Notes: generated by a model from the sequence alone, not told the origin. DNA of 46,772 bases from Planctomycetota bacterium (GCA_029777755.1 JAKORQ010000370.1:1-46772), one strand, 5' to 3'. Numbered from the stretch's first letter, positions 20,695 to 29,670 are shown. Numbers and translations are program-made.

Positions 20695-21756
20695 TCATTT
20701 GTGCAGGGGATATTTCTCCGAGAGGATGTCCGTGTAGAGCTCCTCCGGCTCGGGGTGCGGGCTGGTGTCGGCGAACTTCACGGCCTCGTCGACGATCTGG
20801 CGCACCTCGGATTCCATCTCTTCCGAGTCCCTGGTGGTGATGATCCCCTGCTGGAGCAGGCGCTGTTCGTAGAGGATGATCGGGTCGCGCAGGCGGGCTC
20901 GTTCCAGCTCTTCCTTGCTGCGGTACTTCATGGCGTCCGACATCGAGTGGCCACGGAAGCGATAGGTGTTGGCCACGAGGTAGGTCGGGCCTTCACCCTT
21001 GCGGGCGCGCTCGGCCGCGTCGCCTACCACCTCGATCACCTCGTCGAGGTCGTTACCGTCGAAGGCGCGATAGGGCATGTTGTAGCCGCTGCCGCGACGC
21101 TCCAGCTCGCGCTCGGCGCTGGCGCGCTCGACCTGGGTTCCCATCGCCACCTTGTTGTTCTCGACGATGAATACCACCGGCAGACGCCAGAGGCTGGCGA
21201 GGTTAAGCGCCTCGTTATGTACGCCCTGGTTGATGGCACCATCGCCAAAGAGGGTGAAGCAGCAGCCGGGGATTCCCTTGTACTTCAGCGCGAATGCCGC
21301 ACCGGTGCCCAGCGGGATCTGCGAGCCGACGATGCCGTGGCCGCCGAGGTTGCCATTTTCCACTTCGAAGAAGTGCATGGAACCGCCCTTGCCCTTGGAG
21401 CAGCCGGTGGCGCGGCCGAACATCTCAGCCATGGCCGCCTTGGGATCCATGCCCAGGGCGAGGGAATGCCCGTGGTCGCGGTAAGCGGTGATGAGGTAGT
21501 CCTTGCCCTTCTGGAAGACCGCCGAGATACCAACGGCGACGGCCTCCTGCCCGCTGTACAGGTGGCAGAAACCGCCGATGCGCTGCCCGGGACGTGTGTA
21601 TTCCTGGTAGGTGCGCTCCTCAAAGCGGCGGATGAGCATCATCATCCGCAGCAGTTCCCTGGCACGCTCCTTACTCTTGGCCTTAATCTGCCGCTTTACC
21701 CGCGGCTGTTCCATCGTGTTTATACTCATATTGGCTGTTGGCTCCGTGACGTTCAT
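20695..21756 (-). CDS. pdhA: pyruvate dehydrogenase E1 component, alpha subunit
   Basis: It carries LIRRFEERTYQEY...GGFCHLYSGQEAVAVG and the TPP-binding region GDGAINQGVHNEALNLA. The ORF-track start at 21999 adds an implausible 81 aa. Candidate ATG starts are 21756, 21729 and 21714. Confidence 0.9.
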   Translation of the reverse strand: MNVTEPTANMSINTMEQPRVKRQIKAKSKERARELLRMMMLIRRFEERTYQEYTRPGQRIGGFCHLYSGQEAVAVGISAVFQKGKDYLITAYRDHGHSLALGMDPKAAMAEMFGRATGCSKGKGGSMHFFEVENGNLGGHGIVGSQIPLGTGAAFALKYKGIPGCCFTLFGDGAINQGVHNEALNLASLWRLPVVFIVENNKVAMGTQVERASAERELERRGSGYNMPYRAFDGNDLDEVIEVVGDAAERARKGEGPTYLVANTYRFRGHSMSDAMKYRSKEELERARLRDPIILYEQRLLQQGIITTRDSEEMESEVRQIVDEAVKFADTSPHPEPEELYTDILSEKYPLHK

Positions 21757-22027
21757 GGCAGTCGCCGGCGGTCGATAGTAACCGGTAACCGCCACGGGAG
21801 GCGACTTACTGGCGCCCACGCGTATCCGGCTTAGTATGCGACATAGTCGCCTGGAGGTACAGTCGCGTACGATCCCGCCGGACGGTGACCCATTATAGGC
21901 AAACAAACTGCGATAAAGCGGTTCGTTGAGCCGGCTTACAACTCGGCCGCAACTATTCAATCTTGTACGTGTCCGGCGCTTGCCAAGCGTGATCTGCAAT
22001 ACCTTCGCCTACCGCTTCTGGCATTAG

Positions 22028-23338
22028 TTATACAAAGATTTCCCTCGCAAGTCTGATGAACTCCTCGCCGCGCTGCTCAAAGTTGTCAAACTGGTCGTAA
22101 CTGGAGCATCCGGGGGAGAGCAGGACGATATCCCCATTCGAGGCGATCTGCTTAGCCATGTGTAAAGCGTGTGTAAGAGTGCCGGGCTCGTACACGGCGG
22201 CAAATTCGGGGTGCCGCTCGCGGATGAGGGCGGCGATCTTTTGCCCGGTGTCGCCTATGCACATCGCTGCCCTGGCGCGGGTGGCGAGGGCGTCGGCCAG
22301 TGCCTCAAACGGCAGCAGCTTGTCCTTGCCGCCGACGATCTGGATCACCCGGCCACGGGGAAATGACCGCAGCGCGGCCGCGGCCGCCTCCGGGATGGTG
22401 GCGATCGAGTCATTGTAGAACCGCACGCCGGCGTACTCATGCACGAGCTGGAGCCGATGGGGCATTCCCTGGAAATGCCGCACTGCTTCCTGGGCGGTCG
22501 ACCATTCCACCCCCAGGCAACTGGCGGCGGCGAAGGCGGCCTGGGCGTTCAACTGGTTATGTTCGCCGGGAAGCTCCAGCTCGAATCGCCGCCGGCCGGC
22601 GATGCCGTACCAGACGATCTGCGCCCGGGTGTGGCCTGCCCACTCGCGGGCTATGTCGCTGGCTTCATCCAGCACGGCGAAATCCTCGGGCTGCTGATGC
22701 TCAATGATCTGTCGCTTGGCCGCCAGGTACTGCTCCTGTGTGCCGTGCCAGTCGAGGTGATCGCTGCCGAGCATGGTGAGCAGGGCAACATGCGGCCGCC
22801 ATCTCGCTTCGCCGAGGTACTGGAGCATGAAGCTGGAGAGTTCCAGCAGCACGATCTGCCCATCGCGCATCGCAGGCAGATCGAACAGCAGCGACTTGCC
22901 GATGTTTCCCCCCAGCCAGCAGTGGTATTTCGCCTGGAGCATCTTCGCCAGCAGGGTGCTGGTGGTGCTCTTGCCCTTGGTGCCGCTGACGGCAACGACC
23001 GGCAGCGGGCAACGCTCCAGGAACAGGCATATCTCGGTGGTCACCGGCACTTTGTGCGAGCGGGCGGCCTGCAGGTACTCGTTGGTCGGCGGGATGGCCG
23101 GCGATGCCACCACCAGGTCGCAGTCGGTAAAGTCGCTTTGGCGATGCTCCCCGAGGCGGAACTGGATCGGATAGCCATCGAGCTGGCGGATGGAGGCGGC
23201 GAGCTTGTCGGCCGGGGACTTGTCCGTCACCAGCACCTTTGCGCCATGTTGCGCCAGCCACTGGGCGGCCGCGATGGCACCGCCAAACCTTCCCAGGCCG
23301 GCGACGGTTACATGTTTGTTTGCAAATTGACCATCCAT
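22028..23338 (-). CDS. murD: UDP-N-acetylmuramoylalanine--D-glutamate ligase
   Basis: The N-terminal Rossmann region is VTVAGLGRFGGAIAAAQWLAQHGAKVLVTD, the P-loop-like motif is VSGTKGKSTT, and a Mur ligase C-terminal domain follows. I chose the ATG at 23338 (MDGQFANKH...); the longer ORF start would overlap the upstream gene. Confidence 0.9.
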   Translation of the reverse strand: MDGQFANKHVTVAGLGRFGGAIAAAQWLAQHGAKVLVTDKSPADKLAASIRQLDGYPIQFRLGEHRQSDFTDCDLVVASPAIPPTNEYLQAARSHKVPVTTEICLFLERCPLPVVAVSGTKGKSTTSTLLAKMLQAKYHCWLGGNIGKSLLFDLPAMRDGQIVLLELSSFMLQYLGEARWRPHVALLTMLGSDHLDWHGTQEQYLAAKRQIIEHQQPEDFAVLDEASDIAREWAGHTRAQIVWYGIAGRRRFELELPGEHNQLNAQAAFAAASCLGVEWSTAQEAVRHFQGMPHRLQLVHEYAGVRFYNDSIATIPEAAAAALRSFPRGRVIQIVGGKDKLLPFEALADALATRARAAMCIGDTGQKIAALIRERHPEFAAVYEPGTLTHALHMAKQIASNGDIVLLSPGCSSYDQFDNFEQRGEEFIRLAREIFV

Positions 23339-23402
23339 GATCGCGATCTGTCCGTTCGTGAAGGAGCGATGTTTGTACGATCTCGCCCGCCGCGCGGCAT
23401 TA

Positions 23403-23978
23403 TCAGCTCGTGGGCAAGTCCGGGCAAATGGCCGATGGCTTAAGCCATGCCAGAAGCTCGCGGTTGCCCTTGGCGCCAAGGATGGGGCTGTCGGTGAGGC
23501 CCAGAAGTTCAAACCCGGCGGCCGCGATGTCAGCCTTCACCGCCTCCAGCACTCCTGGCAGATGCTCCTCCAGCAGGACGCCCTTGCGCAGCATGGATGG
23601 ATGCGCCTCGTAGTGCGGCTTGATGAGCGATATCACTTCGCCGGGGGAAGCGAGCAATCTTCGAGCGGCCGGCAGGATGTGCTTCTGCTTTGTCCACGCC
23701 ACGTCGATGGATATGAATGACACCTTCTCCGGCAGCGTCGCGTGCATGGCGTTGGTGCGCTCCATGACAACGACGCGCGGATCCTTGCGCAGCTTGTAGT
23801 CCAGCACACCGTAGCCGGTGTCGATGGCGTAGACCTTCGTTGCCCCGCGCTGCAGCAGGCAGTCGACGAACCCGCCGGTGTTGGAGCCGAGGTCGGCGCA
23901 GGTTAGCCCCGCCACGTCAACGGCGAAGGTGGCGATGGCATGTTCCAGTTTCTGCCCGGCCCGGGAAACAAATGGCAT
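23403..23978 (-). CDS. tlyA: TlyA-family rRNA 2'-O-methyltransferase (FtsJ fold), no N-terminal S4 domain
   Basis: It carries FVSRAGQKLEHAIATFAVDVAGLTCADLGSNTGGFVDCLLQRGATKVYAIDTGYGVLDYKLRKDPRV. The start is ATG at 23978 or TTG at 24014. In either case there is no room for an S4 domain before the divergent gene at 24066. Confidence 0.8.
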   Translation of the reverse strand: MPFVSRAGQKLEHAIATFAVDVAGLTCADLGSNTGGFVDCLLQRGATKVYAIDTGYGVLDYKLRKDPRVVVMERTNAMHATLPEKVSFISIDVAWTKQKHILPAARRLLASPGEVISLIKPHYEAHPSMLRKGVLLEEHLPGVLEAVKADIAAAGFELLGLTDSPILGAKGNRELLAWLKPSAICPDLPTS

Positions 23979-24065
23979 TCGGACGATTCTCCACTGTTGC
24001 CCGGCGATTTCCAAGCAAACGTGCGCGGTCGTGACGGAAGGGCGTTTTTTTAGTAGCGTCGAGAC

Positions 24066-24911
24066 ATGCCGCGATTCGCATTCTCATCCAACGCGTTCAA
24101 GAAGACGGACATATTCGAGGCCGCCCGGCAGATCGCCGACGCCGGCTTTGCCGCCCTGGAGGTCATGGCGGACGTTCCCCACGCATACCCGGCTAACTTT
24201 CAGGAGGCCGACCGAGACAGGCTCAAGCAGCTGCTGGCGGAACTGAAGCTGGAGGTGAGCAACGTCAATGCGTTCACGCTGTTTGCCTGCGGCGACACCT
24301 ATCACCCCACCTGGATCGAGGCAGATGAAGCGCAGCGGAAGATCCGCATCGATCACACCATCGGGGCGGTCGAGCTGGCGGCGGAGCTGTCGGCCAGGAC
24401 GGTGAGCATCCAGCCCGGCGGGCCGACGATCGGGACGGGGCTGAGTTTCGAGCAGGCGGCGAAGCTGTTCGCCGAGGGGCTGGAGAAGGTGCTGCCCACG
24501 GCTCGCAGGCTGGGCGTTACCATCGCCATCGAGCCGGAACCGGGGCTGCTGATACAGGATGTGGCCGAGTATGTGCGGTTCAAGCGCGAGTTCTTCGCCG
24601 ACGAGCCGCACATCGCGATGAATTGCGACCTGGGCCACCTCTACTGCGTTGGGGACGACCCGGAGCAGGTGGTGCGCCAGCAGCGTGAGCAGATCGCACA
24701 CATCCACCTGGAGGATATCGCCGCCAACCGAGTGCATCAGCACCTGCCGCTGGGCAAAGGGGCGATGAACATCCCGGCCATCCTGAAGGCGATCGACCAG
24801 ACGGGATACCAGGGCTGGGTGACGGTGGAACTGTATCCGTACGTGAGCGAGGCGGGCGTGGTGGCAAGGGAGGCGAGGCAGTACCTGAGAGGCGTGGGAT
24901 ATGTTGATTGA
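24066..24911 (+). CDS. sugar phosphate isomerase/epimerase (xylose-isomerase-like TIM barrel)
   Basis: It shows an AP_endonuc_2-type pattern: IAIEPEPG, DLGHLYC, HIHLED, and a TVELYP end. Confidence 0.8.
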   Translation: MPRFAFSSNAFKKTDIFEAARQIADAGFAALEVMADVPHAYPANFQEADRDRLKQLLAELKLEVSNVNAFTLFACGDTYHPTWIEADEAQRKIRIDHTIGAVELAAELSARTVSIQPGGPTIGTGLSFEQAAKLFAEGLEKVLPTARRLGVTIAIEPEPGLLIQDVAEYVRFKREFFADEPHIAMNCDLGHLYCVGDDPEQVVRQQREQIAHIHLEDIAANRVHQHLPLGKGAMNIPAILKAIDQTGYQGWVTVELYPYVSEAGVVAREARQYLRGVGYVD

Positions 24912-25047
24912 CCCGGCGCAGTGGGCCTTTGACTCCTGAACGTATCTTCGCCGAGGACTTGCCTGACAGATCCGGCGGGACTGCTCCACGTCCGATCAGC
25001 AGACCCGCTTTCTACTTTGGCTCCAAATGTGGTAATGTTCAGGTCCC

Positions 25048-25989
25048 ATGATCAAGGTATTTGTCGACGGCCAGGAAGGCACAACCGGACTGAAGATTCA
25101 CGAGCGTCTGGCGGGGCGGTCTGACATTGAGATCCTCCAGATCGACCCGGAAAAGCGCAAAGACCCCCAGGCGCGCGCCCAGCTCCTGAACGCCTCGGAC
25201 ATCTCGTTCCTCTGCCTGCCTGACGTCGCTTCCCGCGAGTCGGCGGCGCTGGTCACCAACCCCAATACGCGCCTGATCGACGCCAGCACCGCCCATCGCA
25301 CCGACCCGGCCTGGACGTATGGCTTCCCCGAGCTTGCCCCCGGGCAGCGCGAGGCCATCCGTCACAGCAAGCGCATCGCCGTTCCCGGCTGCCACGCCAC
25401 CGGGTTTGTCGCGCTGGTCTACCCGCTCGTGAAGCTGGAAGTGATCGCACCTGACTACCCGGTCACGTGCCACTCCATCACCGGCTACTCCGGCGGCGGC
25501 AAGAAGCTCATCGCCGCCTACGAGGATCCCAACCGCCGCTACGGCTTCAAGGCCCCGCGGCAGTACGCCCTGGGGCTGAAGCACAAGCACCTGCCGGAGA
25601 TGCAGAAGATCGCCGGGCTGACTATGCCGCCGGTCTTTGATCCCATCTGCGGCGATTTCTACCAGGGAATGGCCGTCTCGATCCCGCTGCATACGCACCT
25701 GCTGAAAAATCCCATGGGCGCCAAGCAGATGCATGAGTTGTTCGCCGAGTATTACGCGAATCAGCGGTTCGTGCGGGTGATGCCGTTTGATGATGAGTCC
25801 AACCTCGATGCCGGCTTCCTGGACCCCACCGAGTGCAACGGTACCAACCGCATGGACATCTTCGTGTTCGGCCACGATACGCAGATCATACTGATCGCGC
25901 GGCTCGACAACCTCGGCAAGGGAGCCAGCGGGGCGGCCGTGCAGTGCATGAACATCGCCATCGGGGCCGACGAGGGAGCGGGACTGTAA
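25048..25989 (+). CDS. argC: N-acetyl-gamma-glutamyl-phosphate reductase, short (type 2) form
   Basis: It carries MIKVFVDGQEGTTGLKIHERL..., the active-site region AVPGCHATGF, and SGYSGGGKKLI. At 313 aa the length is typical of the type-2 enzyme. Confidence 0.9.
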   Translation: MIKVFVDGQEGTTGLKIHERLAGRSDIEILQIDPEKRKDPQARAQLLNASDISFLCLPDVASRESAALVTNPNTRLIDASTAHRTDPAWTYGFPELAPGQREAIRHSKRIAVPGCHATGFVALVYPLVKLEVIAPDYPVTCHSITGYSGGGKKLIAAYEDPNRRYGFKAPRQYALGLKHKHLPEMQKIAGLTMPPVFDPICGDFYQGMAVSIPLHTHLLKNPMGAKQMHELFAEYYANQRFVRVMPFDDESNLDAGFLDPTECNGTNRMDIFVFGHDTQIILIARLDNLGKGASGAAVQCMNIAIGADEGAGL

Positions 25990-26041
25990 CTGGCCCGATC
26001 CGGCGTTCTGCTGACGGCGACCGTGGCATAGAATCGCCGCC

Positions 26042-26635
26042 ATGGTGCATAAGTTCCTGGAGGTGCTGATCCCGCTGATCGTGGCGATCGACCCGCTGGG
26101 AATAATCCCGGTCTACGTGGGTATGACCGCCCACCTTACGCCCAGGCGCCGGCTTCAGGTGAGCCTGGAGGCGATCGGCACCGGGCTGATCGTGTGCGTT
26201 GGCTTCATGTTCCTGGGGCAGACGCTATTCCACTTTCTTCGCGTGAGCGACACCGACTTCCGTATCGCCGGAGGAGTGATCCTGCTGGTGCTGGCGGTGC
26301 TGGATCTGCTGATCGTCGGCAAGGCGGCCGTCCATGAACAGGAGATCGACGGCATCGTTCCCCTGGGATTGCCGCTGATCGCCGGCCCGGCCGCCATGAC
26401 CACGGTGCTGGTGCTGTCCGGCGACCCTGACCTTGGTTACCGCTGGACGCTGGTGGGAATCTTCGTCACCTTCCTGATGCTGGCGGTCGGCCTGCTGCTC
26501 TCGCAACAGATAGTGCGCCTGGTTGGCATGAACACGCTCAAGGCATTCTCCAAGCTGGTGATGGTGCTGCTGGCGGCGATCGCGGTGAACTTCATCCGCA
26601 CGGGCATTGCCGATGCGATCAGGGAAATGAAGTGA
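26042..26635 (+). CDS. MarC family (UPF0056) integral membrane protein
   Basis: The N-terminus is LIVAIDPLGIIPVY, with six hydrophobic segments in ~197 aa. Confidence 0.8.
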   Translation: MVHKFLEVLIPLIVAIDPLGIIPVYVGMTAHLTPRRRLQVSLEAIGTGLIVCVGFMFLGQTLFHFLRVSDTDFRIAGGVILLVLAVLDLLIVGKAAVHEQEIDGIVPLGLPLIAGPAAMTTVLVLSGDPDLGYRWTLVGIFVTFLMLAVGLLLSQQIVRLVGMNTLKAFSKLVMVLLAAIAVNFIRTGIADAIREMK

Positions 26636-26640
26636 TTCTT

Positions 26641-26668
26641 GATTTTCGATTGTCGATTTGCGATTTGG
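26641..26668 (+). repeat. post-stop heptamer-periodic repeat GATTTTCGAT TGTCGAT TTGCGAT TTGG
   Basis: It begins 6 nt after the marC-like stop codon. The core GATTTTCGAT recurs, in the same orientation relative to the upstream gene, right after the stop codon of the gene ending at 46479. Confidence 0.6.
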
Positions 26669-26783
26669 TTTTTCGGGGCGGTTAGGCTGAATTCGACGCA
26701 AAGTGGAGCGGGCGGTTTCCGCCCGCGGGAAGTAAGGTGATCTTGGCGGAAACTCGCTTCCAAATATGCATGACGCTCGGGCA

Positions 26784-26829
26784 GACTTCTGCCGATTCGA
26801 AGTCCCGCAGGACAAGCCGCTCCACTTGG
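26784..26829 (+). repeat. dispersed repeat: hairpin GACTTC..GCCGATTC..GAAGTC followed by GGACAAGCCGCTCCACTT
   Basis: A near-identical unit lies at 30704-30755 and a partial unit at 10814-10839. An inverted 11-mer AAGTGGAGCGG sits at 26701-26711. Confidence 0.7.
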
Positions 26830-26894
26830 GGTTGAGCCGCTCCAGTCGATGAGTGGGCCGCCGTAGCTGATTTCTTCCCGCCCATCGTGAAACT

Positions 26895-26925
26895 AAAAAC
26901 CCCGGCTATGGTTACCGGGGTTTTT
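26895..26925. terminator. bidirectional rho-independent terminator downstream of the HU-like gene
   Basis: AAAAACCCCGG (26895-26905) pairs with CCGGGGTTTTT (26915-26925) across a 9-nt loop. It is flanked by A and T runs. Confidence 0.8.
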
Positions 26926-26960
26926 ACGCTGTTTTTACAGATGTTGGACGGATGGCTGAT

Positions 26961-27290
26961 TTACTTGGCCATGTCCTTGAGGGCCTTGAGCGTGCGGACC
27001 TTCACGACCTTGCGGGCGGGCTTGGCCTTGAACACCTGCTCCTGCTTGGTGAAGGGATTGATGCCCTTGTGAGCCTTGACTGCGGGCTTCGTCACGACGG
27101 TCAACTTCACGAGACCAGGAATGACGAAAACGCCCGGGCCCTTCTTGCCGAGCGCGGTCTTGATCTGCTCAGCCAACGCATCGAACACCGCGGAAACCTG
27201 CTTGCGCGACAGTTCGGTCTTGTTGGCGATGTTCGAGATAACCTCGCTCTTCGTGGCGGGTTTGCCAGTTGGGGCGGCTGCCTTTGCCAT
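26961..27290 (-). CDS. HU-family DNA-binding protein with short N- and C-terminal Lys/Ala-rich extensions
   Basis: The HU core is KSEVISNIANKTELSRKQVSAVFDALAEQIKTAL...VFVIPGLVKLTVVTKPA...GINPFTKQE. The ATG at 27290 is preceded by AAGGAG 7 nt upstream, so I prefer it to the ORF-track start at 27323. Confidence 0.88.
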   Translation of the reverse strand: MAKAAAPTGKPATKSEVISNIANKTELSRKQVSAVFDALAEQIKTALGKKGPGVFVIPGLVKLTVVTKPAVKAHKGINPFTKQEQVFKAKPARKVVKVRTLKALKDMAK

Positions 27291-27338
27291 AAACGATCTC
27301 CTTATATCCTTCCGAAGGGACATCCTTCGTAAGACACA

Positions 27339-27366
27339 ATAATAGCGCAGAGCGTGGCGGACACAA
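27339..27366 (-). promoter_or_regulatory. candidate sigma70-like promoter for the HU-like gene (TTGTGT-16 nt-TATTAT)
   Basis: On the minus strand the -35 TTGTGT is at 27361-27366 and the -10 TATTAT is at 27339-27344, with a 16-nt spacer, about 50 nt upstream of the ATG. This is a pattern match only. Confidence 0.3.
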
Positions 27367-27424
27367 GAGTTTCTTCATCGCCAACCTTGCGTTTTTCCCG
27401 GGGTTTTTGGCATATATGGCCCGT

Positions 27425-28741
27425 CTACCTGGCCATTTCCCGCAGGATAACGCGGGTTAGTCGTCCTTCCGTCCCCGCCGCGTTCACGGCCCGGATCGCA
27501 AGGGGGGCCGCCGCGTCATCATTTTCCTCGATGATGAAACGTGTGCCGTATGCGGTTCCCACGACTTGCTCGCCACGATACACGCGGTAGCAGGCCACAT
27601 CCCTGCCGGCCGCTGGCCAGCTCAAGACCAGCTTCCCGTTGCTGGTGGAGACATCCACCTGCTCCACGGCCGGCGGCTCGGGGAGCGGCCTTTTCTGCGG
27701 GGCCGCGATAAGCAGATCAGAGATCACCTTCTCCACCTCCGGCAGTGATAGCAGGCCCGCATCCGGGCGCGTGAGGGCATCCACGAGTCGAGCCTCTTTT
27801 CTCCCGGGAAAATCGCCCGTTTCCCAGGAAAACTTCGCACCCTCCTTCATGCTGATCCTGCCGGTTTCCAGCTCCCAGTAGCGCTGATTGCCCGACCCCA
27901 GGCCGCGCACGGCGTACAGCACCGTCGAGAGATCGGCGCAGTGGTGATCCTTCGCCTCGCCGCCGAAAAACAGCTCATACGCCACGCGGACCGGGTTGTC
28001 GGCCGGCGTGTCCTTCAAGGCGGCGCCAACGCGCAGGCTGTGGCCGATCTCCCGGCCGACATAGACAATCTCGGTCGGCCAGTTCTCAATCGCGGTGATG
28101 GCCGCCTGCGGATCGCGCTCCCAGTTCACGTTGGTGTTGTTCATGTCGTGGGGGAAGCCGTCGGCCCGGCGGCGGTTCTCGAAGTTGCCGCCCATGTTGA
28201 CCCACTTCTCCACCCTGGCGGCCACCAGTTCCTTGCCGGTGAGAGGGCTGAACTCGTCCGGGCCGGACTCCAGCAGGTCGCGCAGGTTGGTGGCGTAGCC
28301 GATGGTCATGATTATGACCTTCTCATCGGAGGCGGCGAGGATCTCGCGATACAGTCTCACGGCGTCGATCCTCTGGCTGGTCAGCAGGATAGGCTCGCGG
28401 AGGAAGCGCTTCGCCAGCGTCTGGGCCTTGTAGTTGGAGTTGAGGTGAACTCCCGGTCCAAGCAGGGCGCCGACGGGGATGGCCGGCCGGCCGTAATACT
28501 CATTGACCACCTGCACCGCCGGGGCCGCGTACTCATGCTTCGCGGAGACGATGGTGGCGAGTATGTGCACCTCGCCGCGATCGGCCAGGGCATGCAACAC
28601 CGCCAGGGCGCCGATGTCATCGACATCGGTCATGGCATCGGTATCGAAGATGACTCGCGGCTGTCCCATTGCAGGAGTGAAGCAGGATAGCATCGCGCAC
28701 GAGAGAACCCAGAAGACAAAGAACTCAAACCTGAACGTCAT
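27425..28741 (-). CDS. secreted inosine-uridine nucleoside hydrolase-like protein with C-terminal fibronectin-III-like domain
   Basis: It has a signal peptide and the Asp cluster VIFDTDAMTDVDDIGALAVLHAL typical of IU_nuc_hydro. The C-terminal ~85 aa (LVLSWPAAGRDVACYRVYRGEQVVG...AIRAVNAAGTEG) is Fn3-like. The ATG at 28741 is 8 nt after AAGGAG; the ORF-track TTG at 28747 is too close to it. Confidence 0.75.
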   Translation of the reverse strand: MTFRFEFFVFWVLSCAMLSCFTPAMGQPRVIFDTDAMTDVDDIGALAVLHALADRGEVHILATIVSAKHEYAAPAVQVVNEYYGRPAIPVGALLGPGVHLNSNYKAQTLAKRFLREPILLTSQRIDAVRLYREILAASDEKVIIMTIGYATNLRDLLESGPDEFSPLTGKELVAARVEKWVNMGGNFENRRRADGFPHDMNNTNVNWERDPQAAITAIENWPTEIVYVGREIGHSLRVGAALKDTPADNPVRVAYELFFGGEAKDHHCADLSTVLYAVRGLGSGNQRYWELETGRISMKEGAKFSWETGDFPGRKEARLVDALTRPDAGLLSLPEVEKVISDLLIAAPQKRPLPEPPAVEQVDVSTSNGKLVLSWPAAGRDVACYRVYRGEQVVGTAYGTRFIIEENDDAAAPLAIRAVNAAGTEGRLTRVILREMAR

Positions 28742-28860
28742 CGGCAAAGCTCCTTTACTGTGGATCTAACAGTAAAGGGCTGGCGTCAACGTTCAAGTTT
28801 GAGTTCGATGCGAATTTCGCGATCAGGCTTTCACGGGAGGCTATTGCCGCTCACTCTTGA

Positions 28861-29670
28861 TCAATGGCCGTCCCGTCCACCTTCCTCGGGCGCGGTGATC
28901 CTCTCGACCGGGCCGACGCTCCAGCGCGGATTCTCCTTGAGCTTGCGGGGCGGCTGGTTGTCCCAAACGGCCTCGGCATCTTCGCGATAGAACTGCACGG
29001 CATACCCGACGCGCGGGGCCTCGGTGTGATTCTCGCCGGAACCGTGGACCGTCAGGCGCGAGAAGGCCACCGCATCGCCGGCCCGCATGCGCACGGGCAG
29101 GAACTCCTGGGGATCGACCTTCATGCGGCGATGGCCGTCGGCTTCGCTCTCGGCCTCCAGCGTTCCCCGCAGGTGCGAGCGGGGACACATCTGGAGGCAC
29201 CCGTTCTCGGGCGTCATGTCACAGAGGGCGAACCAGATGTTGATGCCCAGCAGTCCATCCGTGAAGCGGGTGTACTGGTTGTCCTGGTGGAAGGAGAAGC
29301 GTCCGCCGCCACCGCCGCTCTTCACGGCCGTGAAGGGCAGATAGACCAGCGCCTCGCCGCCCAGCAGGGCGCTTGCGATCCGCTGGAGGTTGTGGCTGTT
29401 GATGATTCCATCCAGCACCGAGCCGCGCAGGTATTGCCCGGATTGCACCAGCTTGAGGGCGGCGCCATCCTTGCGGCGGCCGAGGTTGGCCTCGATGCCA
29501 TGCTCGATGCCGACGATCTCCAGTGCCTCGCGCCTGGCGGCCTCGGCGATCTCCGGCTTGAGCAGGCCGGGGAGATACAGGTATCCCTCGCGGCGATAGA
29601 AGCCGATTTCCTTCTCATCAAGCCTGATGGCCGCCACGTTGTCGCGGGTTGCGGTCGCCTGCATTGTCAT
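28861..29670 (-). CDS. phytanoyl-CoA dioxygenase (PhyH) family Fe(II)/2-oxoglutarate oxygenase
   Basis: It has a FHQDNQY (HxD) motif, a distal His in LTVHGSGEN and the PhyH-like N-terminus GYLYLPGLL. GGAGGA lies 9 nt before the ATG. Confidence 0.8.
   Translation of the reverse strand: MTMQATATRDNVAAIRLDEKEIGFYRREGYLYLPGLLKPEIAEAARREALEIVGIEHGIEANLGRRKDGAALKLVQSGQYLRGSVLDGIINSHNLQRIASALLGGEALVYLPFTAVKSGGGGGRFSFHQDNQYTRFTDGLLGINIWFALCDMTPENGCLQMCPRSHLRGTLEAESEADGHRRMKVDPQEFLPVRMRAGDAVAFSRLTVHGSGENHTEAPRVGYAVQFYREDAEAVWDNQPPRKLKENPRWSVGPVERITAPEEGGRDGH

Noticed and set aside
21757-21999. An N-terminal 81-aa extension of the E1-alpha ORF. Analogous extensions are 23339-23512 for murD, 15113-15157 for plsY, 38729-38779 for the oxidoreductase, 4035-4115 for the protease and 27291-27323 for HU.
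   Set aside because: The extensions lack similarity to the families and are Arg/Ser-rich. In two cases they collide with a neighbouring gene or the tRNA. Internal ATGs with better context give normal protein lengths.
21757-22027. A possible TPP riboswitch or other leader upstream of the PDH operon.
   Set aside because: The 270-nt leader contains no CUGAGA/ACCUGA-type TPP core or other riboswitch signature that I can recognise. It remains only a long 5' region.
26225-26815. A 196-aa minus-strand ORF spanning the marC 3' half and the repeat-rich spacer.
   Set aside because: It is antisense to the MarC-family gene, His/Arg/Gln-rich, and runs through the dispersed repeats. It is not credible as coding.
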